Source: a virus. Taken from it: a DNA stretch of 64,000 bases. A program made the translations under genes and the position numbers. The stretch is from the IMG/VR virus record IMGVR_UViG_3300045988_127881; one strand, 5' to 3'. Below, piece by piece: positions 8,880-16,656 of this stretch. Each line of letters opens with the position of its first letter. Position 1 is the stretch's first letter. The notes below the pieces were generated by a model. It searched no databases, was not told the DNA's origin, and saw only the letters and a program-made list of their open reading frames with translations.

Positions 8880-9194
8880 ATGACATACGTAGTTAATAAC
8901 AGCGAATGCGGAGACAAGAATTTCAAAGTGTACCTGTGGACAGGCGCAGGCTACAATGTAGCCATGTTTGAAGTCTTCGCATTTAACGAAGGACACGCAT
9001 TGGAGTGCGTATTAGCATATTGCGAGGAAAAAGCCCTTTGTGGGCTGTATACCACAGAAGAACAAATAGACGAAGACCTTACAGACGAAGAACGGGACGA
9101 ACTTTATTACTACATCGACCCCACAATGGAAGATAAAAAGGCATTCTCTGCATACGTCCTTCTTGAAAATCTTATGATTGAAAAGGTTGCGTAA
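8880..9194 (+). CDS. Hypothetical acidic protein (104 aa)
   Basis: Track ORF 8730..9194 starts inside the previous gene. ATG at 8880 follows the leader (MTYVVNNSECGDK...). Confidence 0.6.
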   Translation: MTYVVNNSECGDKNFKVYLWTGAGYNVAMFEVFAFNEGHALECVLAYCEEKALCGLYTTEEQIDEDLTDEERDELYYYIDPTMEDKKAFSAYVLLENLMIEKVA

Positions 9195-9218
9195 TGCAAC
9201 ATGCGTAGTGTTTAGTAG

Positions 9219-9276
9219 GCTGTGCGGCTTTATTGTCGCACAGCTAACTTTTTAACCACTAAAAACAAAACCAATT
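9219..9276 (+). promoter_or_regulatory. Inter-cassette unit: hairpin plus leader motif
   Basis: Hairpin 9219..9244 (GCTGTGCG/CGCACAGC). Leader 9251..9276 TTTAACCACTAAAAACAAAACCAATT. Confidence 0.8.
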
Positions 9277-9765
9277 ATGAAAAATTTATCAGAACTCAGC
9301 ACAAGCGAACTGCTCAACGTAATAGAGGATAACGAAACCCTGTCAAACAGGCTTTACGAACTCATAGAGCAATCCGCTATGGGTTGGGTAGGCGAAAAGT
9401 TAGAAGTAATTAGAAACTCTCTTAAAGATTGGAGCATAGGTTTCTATAATTACAACTTCCTCGATGTCGTTGACTACGAAAAGTTTGTGGACTCACTCGT
9501 AGAGTATAAAGGCATTTTCGGCCTGTCAGACAAGGCTGACAAACTATTGTCGCACTGTCTGAAACTGCGATGGAGCAACCTTTTCGATTACTATGCCGAA
9601 AGGCTAAAGGATTTAATCCTCGATGAGGAATTTAACAGCGAAACGGATATAGACTACAACAATATGGAGTACTACACCGAAATCTACGCTGACCAATTCG
9701 ATGATTACCTAATCAATGACGATGGCGAAATCATACAACAAACCATTGTCGGGCATGTCGCATAA
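9277..9765 (+). CDS. Hypothetical acidic protein (162 aa)
   Basis: ORF track. Leader motif upstream. Confidence 0.65.
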   Translation: MKNLSELSTSELLNVIEDNETLSNRLYELIEQSAMGWVGEKLEVIRNSLKDWSIGFYNYNFLDVVDYEKFVDSLVEYKGIFGLSDKADKLLSHCLKLRWSNLFDYYAERLKDLILDEEFNSETDIDYNNMEYYTEIYADQFDDYLINDDGEIIQQTIVGHVA

Positions 9766-9769
9766 CAAT

Positions 9770-9833
9770 GCTTGGGCGTATTTATACACGCCCAAGCAAC
9801 ACAATTTTTTAACCCACTTAAAACCAATAAATT
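9770..9833 (+). promoter_or_regulatory. Inter-cassette unit: hairpin plus leader motif
   Basis: Hairpin 9770..9797 (GCTTGGGCGT/ACGCCCAAGC). Leader 9808..9833. Confidence 0.8.
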
Positions 9834-10589
9834 ATGAGAATGTACAGCGACGCGAAAGGATTCACAATGATTGACGGAACTCTTACAGAAGTGACATTAA
9901 AAAAATTGATTGTCACCCGTCAAAGTGTCGAAGACGAGGAATACGAAGTAACAACCATTTTCCAAGGTCCTGACGGCAAAGAGCACAGCTCTCAAATCCC
10001 TATACAGATGTATAGTAGTGTCGAGGATTACGAAAAAGGAGAACAGGCGTGCTATGAAGTTTGTAGCTCGCCTTTCTACATCCGTCCCGACGGATTCCGA
10101 GGCATTGACGAAGCATGGATTTTCGTTGACGGAGAACCTGTGACAATAGACATCAGACCTTTGGAAGTAGTTTACGACTACGAACAAAGAACTTGGACTT
10201 GTGAAGGCGTTCCTCAAACGAATATCTTCCGTACTAAAGAAGAATGCCTGTCTTTCAACGAGTATGACGTAAAACATGCCGACGGCAGCGTTACAAAGCG
10301 TGTCGGTATCAACAAACTCGTAATGCTCGACAACGACCAAATGGCGTTATTCGACACGCTGAAACAGACAATTCAGCAACTCAAAGACAACAATGTATTG
10401 TTGATGCCTGACTACGATGGCGACATAAGAGCATTTAACCTCCGTAATGTCAAAGAATGGGACTGCGATTATGACGAACCCGAAGAAGGAGAAGGCTTTG
10501 AAGAAGTGTCACGCGAACACGATTCCTTCCAAGGAATCAGCATTCCAGCATATTCCTTGGATTGCCACCTCTGCATGAAGCGTAAGTAA
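9834..10589 (+). CDS. Hypothetical protein (251 aa), paralog of 12336..13118
   Basis: ORF track. Shares the KEECLS(F/Y)NEY...AFNLRNV / AYNVRDC...(M/I)KRK C-terminal pattern with 12336..13118. Confidence 0.7.
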   Translation: MRMYSDAKGFTMIDGTLTEVTLKKLIVTRQSVEDEEYEVTTIFQGPDGKEHSSQIPIQMYSSVEDYEKGEQACYEVCSSPFYIRPDGFRGIDEAWIFVDGEPVTIDIRPLEVVYDYEQRTWTCEGVPQTNIFRTKEECLSFNEYDVKHADGSVTKRVGINKLVMLDNDQMALFDTLKQTIQQLKDNNVLLMPDYDGDIRAFNLRNVKEWDCDYDEPEEGEGFEEVSREHDSFQGISIPAYSLDCHLCMKRK

Positions 10590-10594
10590 CCACA

Positions 10595-10656
10595 TTCCCC
10601 ACGTCCATTGTCGGGCGTGGGGAAACGTATTATCAACCACTTAAAACCAATTTACA
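10595..10656 (+). promoter_or_regulatory. Inter-cassette unit: hairpin plus leader motif
   Basis: Hairpin 10595..10624 (TTCCCCACG/CGTGGGGAA). Leader 10631..10656. Confidence 0.8.
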
Positions 10657-11016
10657 ATGAAACAGAATAAAAACAAAGTGCCTGTTTATTATGCGTATGT
10701 GGCCTCATCTCCTTTCAATGGCGAAAGATTCGACCTCGAAACGCTGAATTATGACAGCCTTTTGCAACGCATGATTCCTCGTGACAAAGGAAACATTTGC
10801 CTTAATTTCGTTTTCAGCAAGCTGCGCAAATGCGACAAAATAATGTCGGAAAATGAAAGGTACGCTCTCATAATAAACAATGCACCTTTCGGAGTTAGGC
10901 TCGATTTATATCGCAAAATAACGGAAAAGGAAATAAAGGAAACTATTCAGCGAGTGGGTGTCACCCGTTTCGCCATCAAAGAAGTACAAGATATTGCAAA
11001 ATCAATGGGACTTTAA
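10657..11016 (+). CDS. Hypothetical protein (119 aa)
   Basis: ORF track. Leader motif upstream. Confidence 0.65.
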   Translation: MKQNKNKVPVYYAYVASSPFNGERFDLETLNYDSLLQRMIPRDKGNICLNFVFSKLRKCDKIMSENERYALIINNAPFGVRLDLYRKITEKEIKETIQRVGVTRFAIKEVQDIAKSMGL

Positions 11017-11021
11017 GCACA

Positions 11022-11084
11022 TTTGCCGTGTGGTCGTAAAACTACACGGCAAACCATTTTCAACCACCTAAAACCAATCCAAAA
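11022..11084 (+). promoter_or_regulatory. Inter-cassette unit: hairpin plus leader motif
   Basis: Hairpin 11022..11053 (TTTGCCGTGT/ACACGGCAAA). Leader 11057..11084. Confidence 0.8.
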
Positions 11085-11879
11085 ATGAAAAAGTACAAAT
11101 TAACTGACGAAACAACTATTGCCCTTGGTGTTACACTTTATAGAATTGTAGCACTAATTGACTTTGCTGACGTGAAAAAAGGCGACAAAGGAGGATTTGT
11201 AAAATCTGAAGAAAACCTTTCACAAAATGGCGATTGTTGGGTCTATGGAGATGCTAAGGTATTTGACAGAGCCAAAGTCTTTGAAGATGCCAAGGTATAT
11301 AGCAAAGCTGAGGTATATGGCGATGCCGAGGTATATGGCAAAGCTCGAGTCGATAACAAAGCTCGAGTCTTTGGCAATGCTTTTGTCTTTGGCAATGCTT
11401 ATGTCTTTAGCTATGCTGAAGTCTGTGACTATGCTATTGTCTGTGAAGATGCTGCCGTACATGGCTATGCTGCTGTCTTTGGCGAAGCTACAATAGGCGA
11501 CAGCGCTCGTGTATGGGGCAATGCTGAAGTTTATGGCAACTCTGAAATATGTGACAATGCTCATGTAGGTGACAATGCTGAAATCTGTGGCAATACTAAA
11601 GTCTTTGGAGATGCTGGAGTCTTTGGAGATGCTGAAATCTATGGCGATGCTGAAATAAGTGGTCAAAGTGACTACATAGTATTCAAAAATTGGTGGAGCA
11701 GCGGACGTTACTTCACTTGGACACGAAGCAACAACAAATGGAAAGTTGGTGACTTCTATGGAACTGGCGAAGAATTGATAAGGAAAGCCTATGCCGATAG
11801 CAAAATGAGCGGAAAAGAGTACGAACGCATCGTGAAATATGTTGAGAGTATACTCAATGATGATGCTATTTCTATCTGA
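11085..11879 (+). CDS. Beta-helix hexapeptide-repeat protein (264 aa), paralog of 50089..50832
   Basis: About 24 consecutive 6-aa repeats (V[FY]G[DN]A[KE]-like) between conserved N- and C-terminal domains (YIVFKNWWSSGRYFTWTRSNN...). Confidence 0.75.
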   Translation: MKKYKLTDETTIALGVTLYRIVALIDFADVKKGDKGGFVKSEENLSQNGDCWVYGDAKVFDRAKVFEDAKVYSKAEVYGDAEVYGKARVDNKARVFGNAFVFGNAYVFSYAEVCDYAIVCEDAAVHGYAAVFGEATIGDSARVWGNAEVYGNSEICDNAHVGDNAEICGNTKVFGDAGVFGDAEIYGDAEISGQSDYIVFKNWWSSGRYFTWTRSNNKWKVGDFYGTGEELIRKAYADSKMSGKEYERIVKYVESILNDDAISI

Positions 11880-11911
11880 TTTTGCTAATCTTATGAAATG
11901 AAGGAATCTTA

Positions 11912-11979
11912 TTGCGTATCACTTTTGTCGGTGATACGCAAACTTTGTATAACCTATTAAACCAATAAAGCAAAACAAC
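11912..11979 (+). promoter_or_regulatory. Inter-cassette unit: hairpin plus leader motif
   Basis: Hairpin 11912..11941 (TTGCGTATCAC/GTGATACGCAA). Leader 11948..11970 TATAACCTATTAAACCAATAAAG. Confidence 0.75.
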
Positions 11980-12201
11980 ATGAAAGCAAAAGAATTTTTG
12001 AAAGACCTGCTTCGATTGGATTTGGTCACTGGCTCAACCTATATGAAGTCATCATACGAATTGAAGATAATCAGTGGCGAGCTAAAGCCAAGGTCGCTGT
12101 ATTATTTCTCATTCAAAAAAAGTGACTTGAAGGCCGAGCCTGACGTAACGCTTACTTTAGGAGGTGGAGATGTCCAGTACCTCTGGAAAATTGAGTCGTG
12201 A
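11980..12201 (+). CDS. Hypothetical small protein (73 aa)
   Basis: ORF track. Confidence 0.55.
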   Translation: MKAKEFLKDLLRLDLVTGSTYMKSSYELKIISGELKPRSLYYFSFKKSDLKAEPDVTLTLGGGDVQYLWKIES

Positions 12202-12272
12202 AACACGCGGGAACGTTTCTTGCAACGCCTGCCGCATTTGCAAGGAATGTAATTTTTCAACAACTAACCTTA

Positions 12273-12335
12273 TTGTCGTGTGGTCTTAACATCACACGAC
12301 AAACCATTTTATTAACCACTAAAAACAAACCAATT
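12273..12335 (+). promoter_or_regulatory. Inter-cassette unit: hairpin plus leader motif
   Basis: Hairpin 12273..12302 (TTGTCGTGTG/CACACGACAA). Leader 12311..12335. Confidence 0.8.
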
Positions 12336-13118
12336 ATGATGACCTACAACGAAAACTCATGCGAAATTTTCTCTACTAATGAAGCTTTCTTCTTCGACGA
12401 AGAAAAAGCTCAGTTACTACAAGTTCTACTTGTAGAAACTCATTTCATACGCGATAGCAAGTCCCTGGGAACAGTCCATGCACGAACCTACGCAAAAGTC
12501 GTGGACAGCGATAAAATTATCGAAATTGAAGAAACCGAGGTCTATGCGTCAAGGCTCGATTTTGAAAGAGGGAAACGTCTTGCATGCAGCACAAACAACC
12601 CGTTCAAATGTCTTGCTGCCTCGTATGGAAGTGACGTGGTTTGGACATTCCAGCACGGGTGTCCTGTTTCACAAAAAGTGTCGGATATAAAAGTTGTCAA
12701 ATACGACTACGATTATGACCGATTCACAAGTACCGAATTACCCGACAGAGAACACATCTACCCAACAAAAGAAGAATGCCTCTCTTACAACGAATACGAA
12801 ATTGTCGACGAGGAAGGAACTCGCACAATAAAAGGTTGTAATGCACTCATTCAATTAACAAGAGAACAGGAGGAACTTGTAAAGCAGTTCGAGCAACTTT
12901 GCAAAAAAATGCAAGACGAGGGTATTTTGCTCGCAAGTAATTGCTGCGAAGCATTCAGAGCATACAACGTGCGCGATTGTCAAGATTACGAGTTCTACTT
13001 CACAAACGAAGCATCTGAAGATTTTGAGCAATGCGACCGAGATTGCGGACGATACGTAAACGCACAAAACATCTACGAGAGCGGAGACGATTTTGAACTC
13101 TACATCAAACGCAAGTAA
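12336..13118 (+). CDS. Hypothetical protein (260 aa), paralog of 9834..10589
   Basis: Track ORF 12198..13118 reads through the hairpin and leader. ATG at 12336 follows the leader (MMTYNENSCEIF...). Confidence 0.65.
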   Translation: MMTYNENSCEIFSTNEAFFFDEEKAQLLQVLLVETHFIRDSKSLGTVHARTYAKVVDSDKIIEIEETEVYASRLDFERGKRLACSTNNPFKCLAASYGSDVVWTFQHGCPVSQKVSDIKVVKYDYDYDRFTSTELPDREHIYPTKEECLSYNEYEIVDEEGTRTIKGCNALIQLTREQEELVKQFEQLCKKMQDEGILLASNCCEAFRAYNVRDCQDYEFYFTNEASEDFEQCDRDCGRYVNAQNIYESGDDFELYIKRK

Positions 13119-13124
13119 TCCAAT

Positions 13125-13179
13125 CCTGCCAAGTCGCTAAACACTTGGCAGGTACACAAACCAACAAAAACCAATTATT
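13125..13179 (+). promoter_or_regulatory. Inter-cassette unit: hairpin plus leader motif
   Basis: Hairpin 13125..13152 (CCTGCCAAGT/ACTTGGCAGG). Leader 13156..13179. Confidence 0.8.
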
Positions 13180-13479
13180 ATGAAAGAAACTCTGTTAAAG
13201 ACACTCCGTTTGAACAATCGCGACTATCTGAAAATTCTACATAGGACAAAACAGACTATTATTGATTATGTCGCAAGCAAAGGCAATAACTACGAGTTCA
13301 AAAAATACTACGGCCACTTAATGACAAGGCATAGTAAGGAAACTTTCGTAATCCGAAGAATATCCGTAAATAGAGGAATAGCAAACGTATATAGCGACTA
13401 CAATTATTGGTTCTACTTAGATGACTTCGATTTACAAAATCTGAACAAAATAATTGAGGCGCTATCAATAGACGAGTGA
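13180..13479 (+). CDS. Hypothetical small protein (99 aa), first of three tandem paralogs
   Basis: ORF track. C-terminal pattern is shared with 13543..13857 and 13932..14240. Confidence 0.6.
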   Translation: MKETLLKTLRLNNRDYLKILHRTKQTIIDYVASKGNNYEFKKYYGHLMTRHSKETFVIRRISVNRGIANVYSDYNYWFYLDDFDLQNLNKIIEALSIDE

Positions 13480-13484
13480 TTAAA

Positions 13485-13542
13485 ATGCAGCATAATTTTG
13501 TTATGTGCTGCATACCTCACAACCCAACTAAAACCAATTAAC
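13485..13542 (+). promoter_or_regulatory. Inter-cassette unit: hairpin plus leader motif
   Basis: Hairpin 13485..13513 (ATGCAGCA/TGCTGCAT). Leader 13518..13542. Confidence 0.8.
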
Positions 13543-13857
13543 ATGAAAAGTTTATTAGAACTATCCGAAGAACATCGTCAGATGCTTAACGACATCTCCG
13601 ACAAGGACATGTGCGCCATCGAAACGTTCTTGCAACATCGCGAAAGGAACACCTACTATTTCCGTACAGCTGTCAAACTGCACGACATTGTCAACAATCT
13701 CACATTCAAGGCCATCGGGGTAGGTATCACACACAAAGGGACTTTATCCGCTATAATTGACGAATATTATAGCATAGACCTCATGCAATTCGACTACCTG
13801 TCAATTAACCGGGTCTTAATGCAAATCGGCATGGAAACAGACAACAAGGTGAGCTGA
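13543..13857 (+). CDS. Hypothetical small protein (104 aa), tandem paralog
   Basis: ATG at 13543 after the leader (MKSLLELSEEHRQ...). Confidence 0.6.
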   Translation: MKSLLELSEEHRQMLNDISDKDMCAIETFLQHRERNTYYFRTAVKLHDIVNNLTFKAIGVGITHKGTLSAIIDEYYSIDLMQFDYLSINRVLMQIGMETDNKVS

Positions 13858-13895
13858 TACAAGGCAGCGCGAGGGGTTCGACTCTCCTCACACCT
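13847..13895 (+). ncRNA. Mini tRNA-like element (acceptor-like stem plus canonical T arm only)
   Basis: AGGTGAG...CACACCT closing stem (6 of 7 pairs). T arm is AGGGG-TTCGACT-CTCCT. Overlaps the stop codon of the previous ORF and occupies the usual inter-cassette hairpin position. Confidence 0.3.
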
Positions 13896-13897
13896 GC

Positions 13898-13931
13898 AAA
13901 ACCAACAAACCAACTTAAAAAAACCAACGCA
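13898..13931 (+). promoter_or_regulatory. Array leader motif, extended copy
   Basis: AAAACCAACAAACCAACTTAAAAAAACCAACGCA before the ATG at 13932. Confidence 0.7.
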
Positions 13932-14240
13932 ATGGATAAAAATATTGCCAGCAATACACTTACAGACAAGTTAAGGAATGACGCAATCTCATCTATCAAT
14001 GAATATTGCAAAGAACTTGACTTCGACGGAGTTCTCCGCCTCAACAATCCTATACAAGGCTACAACGTCCACACAAATGAGCCTATTACCATTGTGGGTG
14101 TCCGTATCGGCACAGACAACGCTGCATTAAGTGTTGAAGCGAAAGGATATATCATTGATTATGCCTACGAATTACAGGACGCTGACATCAACTCGCTACT
14201 TTCCATTTCAGTAGCTATTATGGACGGACTTACTTATTAA
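13932..14240 (+). CDS. Hypothetical small protein (102 aa), tandem paralog
   Basis: ORF track. Confidence 0.6.
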   Translation: MDKNIASNTLTDKLRNDAISSINEYCKELDFDGVLRLNNPIQGYNVHTNEPITIVGVRIGTDNAALSVEAKGYIIDYAYELQDADINSLLSISVAIMDGLTY

Positions 14241-14353
14241 AATCTCTCCTAATGTGGCATTTGGTTGACACATTGGGGCATCTCAAACCAACTAAAATCA
14301 CGTACAACGCCAAAAATGGCATTGTCGCACACCCTCCGTATTACAAAAACAAC

Positions 14354-14361
14354 TATATTTG
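14354..14361 (+). promoter_or_regulatory. Candidate internal -7 box TATATTTG
   Basis: Matches TAnnTTTG in the 228-nt gap 14241..14468. No clean -33. Confidence 0.35.
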
Positions 14362-14447
14362 CAATTAGTACAGATAAAGAACAACGCTGATAATATTTTT
14401 CATTCTATCATTAGTGGTGCGGATTTACTTCCATGCCACTAACCATG

Positions 14448-14468
14448 TTTAACCAATTAAAACCAATA
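14448..14468 (+). promoter_or_regulatory. Array leader motif copy
   Basis: TTTAACCAATTAAAACCAATA before the ATG at 14469. Confidence 0.8.
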
Positions 14469-15215
14469 ATGAGATATTTTTTTTATTACGCGTCTGTTGC
14501 CTATATACAGGATACCTATAACAAAAGGTTCTTGGATAAATTTAGAAGTGAAGGAGATTATCGTAAGCTACTACTAATAGCTGAGACCTATGACTCATAC
14601 GGTGCCATAGACTTGAAATACACCTATAAAAGTGCTACGCATAACAATGGTGACACTTTGCTGATAGAAGATGAGCATTACGCTTTGACGTATAATTCTT
14701 CAAATGGCGGCACCTATGAGTTGTTTCGCAAGGAGACAGGAATAGGACTCCGTAACTATATTGCTCAAAACGGATTACCTTCTGAGGTATCAAAGGACAT
14801 TGAAGAGTTGGCAAAATCGCACTCAGAACCGACCCCAAAAATTAAGGCAAAGGAAATCGTTAGCGCCATTTTCAAGTACGGGCTGTTAAGCGCATACGAG
14901 GCGTGCGAGCTAAAAGAGGAGTACAAAACCCTATCCGACAAAAAGAAAAAGTATAAAGGCTGGACCACTGAGGAGAAATACCTTAGTGATAACTGCATCA
15001 CGCCCATAGCTTACGGCATGATTGTTTGTGGCGCACTATGCGCCATCTGTTTCCTTGCTTGCATTGGCTCTGTATTTCTCATCTCCGCCTGTGGGTGGGG
15101 TGGTGCAGTAGTCTATGCTGCACTTCTTTTCATCGTCCTTTACATAGCCTCTATTTACTTCTACCAGAGGTTCTATTGGTACGAAATGCCTAAGTATAAC
15201 ATCGAAAACAGATAA
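14469..15215 (+). CDS. Membrane-anchored hypothetical protein (248 aa)
   Basis: ATG at 14469 after the leader. C-terminal hydrophobic segments (IAYGMIVCGALCAICFLACIGSVFLISACGWGGAVVYAALLFIVLYIASIYF). Confidence 0.6.
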   Translation: MRYFFYYASVAYIQDTYNKRFLDKFRSEGDYRKLLLIAETYDSYGAIDLKYTYKSATHNNGDTLLIEDEHYALTYNSSNGGTYELFRKETGIGLRNYIAQNGLPSEVSKDIEELAKSHSEPTPKIKAKEIVSAIFKYGLLSAYEACELKEEYKTLSDKKKKYKGWTTEEKYLSDNCITPIAYGMIVCGALCAICFLACIGSVFLISACGWGGAVVYAALLFIVLYIASIYFYQRFYWYEMPKYNIENR

Positions 15216-15226
15216 CACACACCATC

Positions 15227-15439
15227 ATGACTATAATTGCTATTATTTGCGTCCTTATTATTGCAGCTCTCTTTTTCGGGGGTCTCTGGTATATTGCAGC
15301 ACTCATCATCGGCATTCCGCTCGCCTATGGCTTGCACAAGCTTCTCATGATGTTCTTCGCTGACTATTTCAAGAAGAAACTTCAGAAATACTGCGAAAAG
15401 AAAGGACTGACTTTCGACCTTGACGAACTGCCCGACTAA
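15227..15439 (+). CDS. Small membrane protein (70 aa)
   Basis: ORF track. Two hydrophobic helices. Confidence 0.55.
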   Translation: MTIIAIICVLIIAALFFGGLWYIAALIIGIPLAYGLHKLLMMFFADYFKKKLQKYCEKKGLTFDLDELPD

Positions 15440-15456
15440 ACCTGTGTCGAGAAAAG

Positions 15457-15508
15457 CCATCACTTGTGTTGTTACAAGTGATGGTACTATTACCAATAAA
15501 ACCAATTT
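15457..15508 (+). promoter_or_regulatory. Inter-cassette unit: hairpin plus leader motif
   Basis: Hairpin 15457..15484 (CCATCACTTGT/ACAAGTGATGG). Leader 15488..15508 TATTACCAATAAAACCAATTT. Confidence 0.8.
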
Positions 15509-16354
15509 ATGAAAACAACCCTTTATGAAGCATACAGGAAAAAATACCCTAACTATGCAGATAAAACCAAAGAAAGGTTCGTAACCTCCACAGGGTGCGA
15601 TTTTACTTGGGGTAACATGACCAAGTCTAACCTTTACGACTATGTCAGCTATCTAAAGACGGTCATGGCAAAGTCGTCAGCACGCACAATGTGCGCAATG
15701 CTAAAATCTGTCTTGCGCACCTACGAAGATGAGATTACGCTACCAAAAAATTGGGAAGATTCCATCTACGTCAAAAAGGAGGCTTCTCAGCAAGTATTCC
15801 TCTCCGACGACGAAATCAAAATGGTTTCTAACTACAACCCAACAACCGAAAAAGAGCGCATCGTGAAAACAATGTTTCTCTTGGGTTGCCTTACAGGGGC
15901 AAGACACTCCGACTTCTTGAAGTTCTCTAAAGCAAATATCACGCAGGAGGGCTTTTTAAGATACGTGTCCATCAAGACGCACATCGAGGCTATTGTCCCC
16001 ATAGCACCAATGGTTAACAGGCTGATTGACGACTTGTCTGCCATCAAAGACACTTCTATGGCCGACACCACATTCAACCGAATATTACGGGATATTTGCC
16101 AAAGTGTGGGCATCGACTCCGAATGCACGCTTTACAGGAGGGGCGAATTTTCCACGTCCAACAAATGTTGCTTTGTGTCATCACACGCTGCACGCAGGTC
16201 TTTCGCCACAAATCTCTACCTTAGAGGGGCTGACCTTTACTCCATCTCCAAAATGATGGGACATTCCTCTGTCGACATGACAGCTGGATATATTTGTTGC
16301 GGACTACGAAACCTCTCACCCGAAGTTAAAGATTACTTTGAACAATTTTGTTGA
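15509..16354 (+). CDS. Tyrosine recombinase (281 aa, no arm-binding N-domain); second recombinase in the window
   Basis: Catalytic signature TGARHSD ... SHAARRSF ... GHSSVDMTAGYI (R, H-x-x-R, H, Y). Confidence 0.85.
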   Translation: MKTTLYEAYRKKYPNYADKTKERFVTSTGCDFTWGNMTKSNLYDYVSYLKTVMAKSSARTMCAMLKSVLRTYEDEITLPKNWEDSIYVKKEASQQVFLSDDEIKMVSNYNPTTEKERIVKTMFLLGCLTGARHSDFLKFSKANITQEGFLRYVSIKTHIEAIVPIAPMVNRLIDDLSAIKDTSMADTTFNRILRDICQSVGIDSECTLYRRGEFSTSNKCCFVSSHAARRSFATNLYLRGADLYSISKMMGHSSVDMTAGYICCGLRNLSPEVKDYFEQFC

Positions 16355-16374
16355 ACCATAAACTTATAAACAAT

Positions 16375-16650
16375 ATGTTGACATCAGACCTTAAAGCAAA
16401 AGAGGCTATCTACGAGGTCGTAGAGCCTCGCTATTTTGAGAAAAGTGTTTCGCTCTCCGAGGAGGACGAGCAAGGTTCTATATACGATTTCTTGAAAGGA
16501 ATCGGCACAGAAGAATACACTGAATGGCTCGCCGAGCACGAGAGCGACTACTATTTTCAGGTAGTCCGCGTAGACGGCTCTTTTTACGCTGTCGCCTATG
16601 AAGATTATACAACACCTGCATGGGCAGTCGAAATAGAACCTGTAAAATAG
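16375..16650 (+). CDS. Hypothetical acidic protein (91 aa)
   Basis: First ATG at 16375 within track ORF 16348..16650. Confidence 0.55.
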   Translation: MLTSDLKAKEAIYEVVEPRYFEKSVSLSEEDEQGSIYDFLKGIGTEEYTEWLAEHESDYYFQVVRVDGSFYAVAYEDYTTPAWAVEIEPVK

Positions 16651-16656
16651 TGTAAT

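Noticed and set aside
14254-14439. An invertible promoter flanked by inverted repeats (GTGGCAT at 14254 and ATGCCAC at 14433) near the small recombinase.
   Set aside because: The inverted repeat is only 7 bp, far shorter than known Bacteroides invertible-promoter repeats, and could easily arise by chance.
7216-16354. Integron-like cassette array with attC sites and an IntI-type integrase.
   Set aside because: The hairpins are short perfect stems without the R/L box organisation or extrahelical bases of attC. The conserved element is a 5' leader immediately before each ATG. The recombinase is itself inside a cassette. The idea is kept only as a remote possibility under the array finding.
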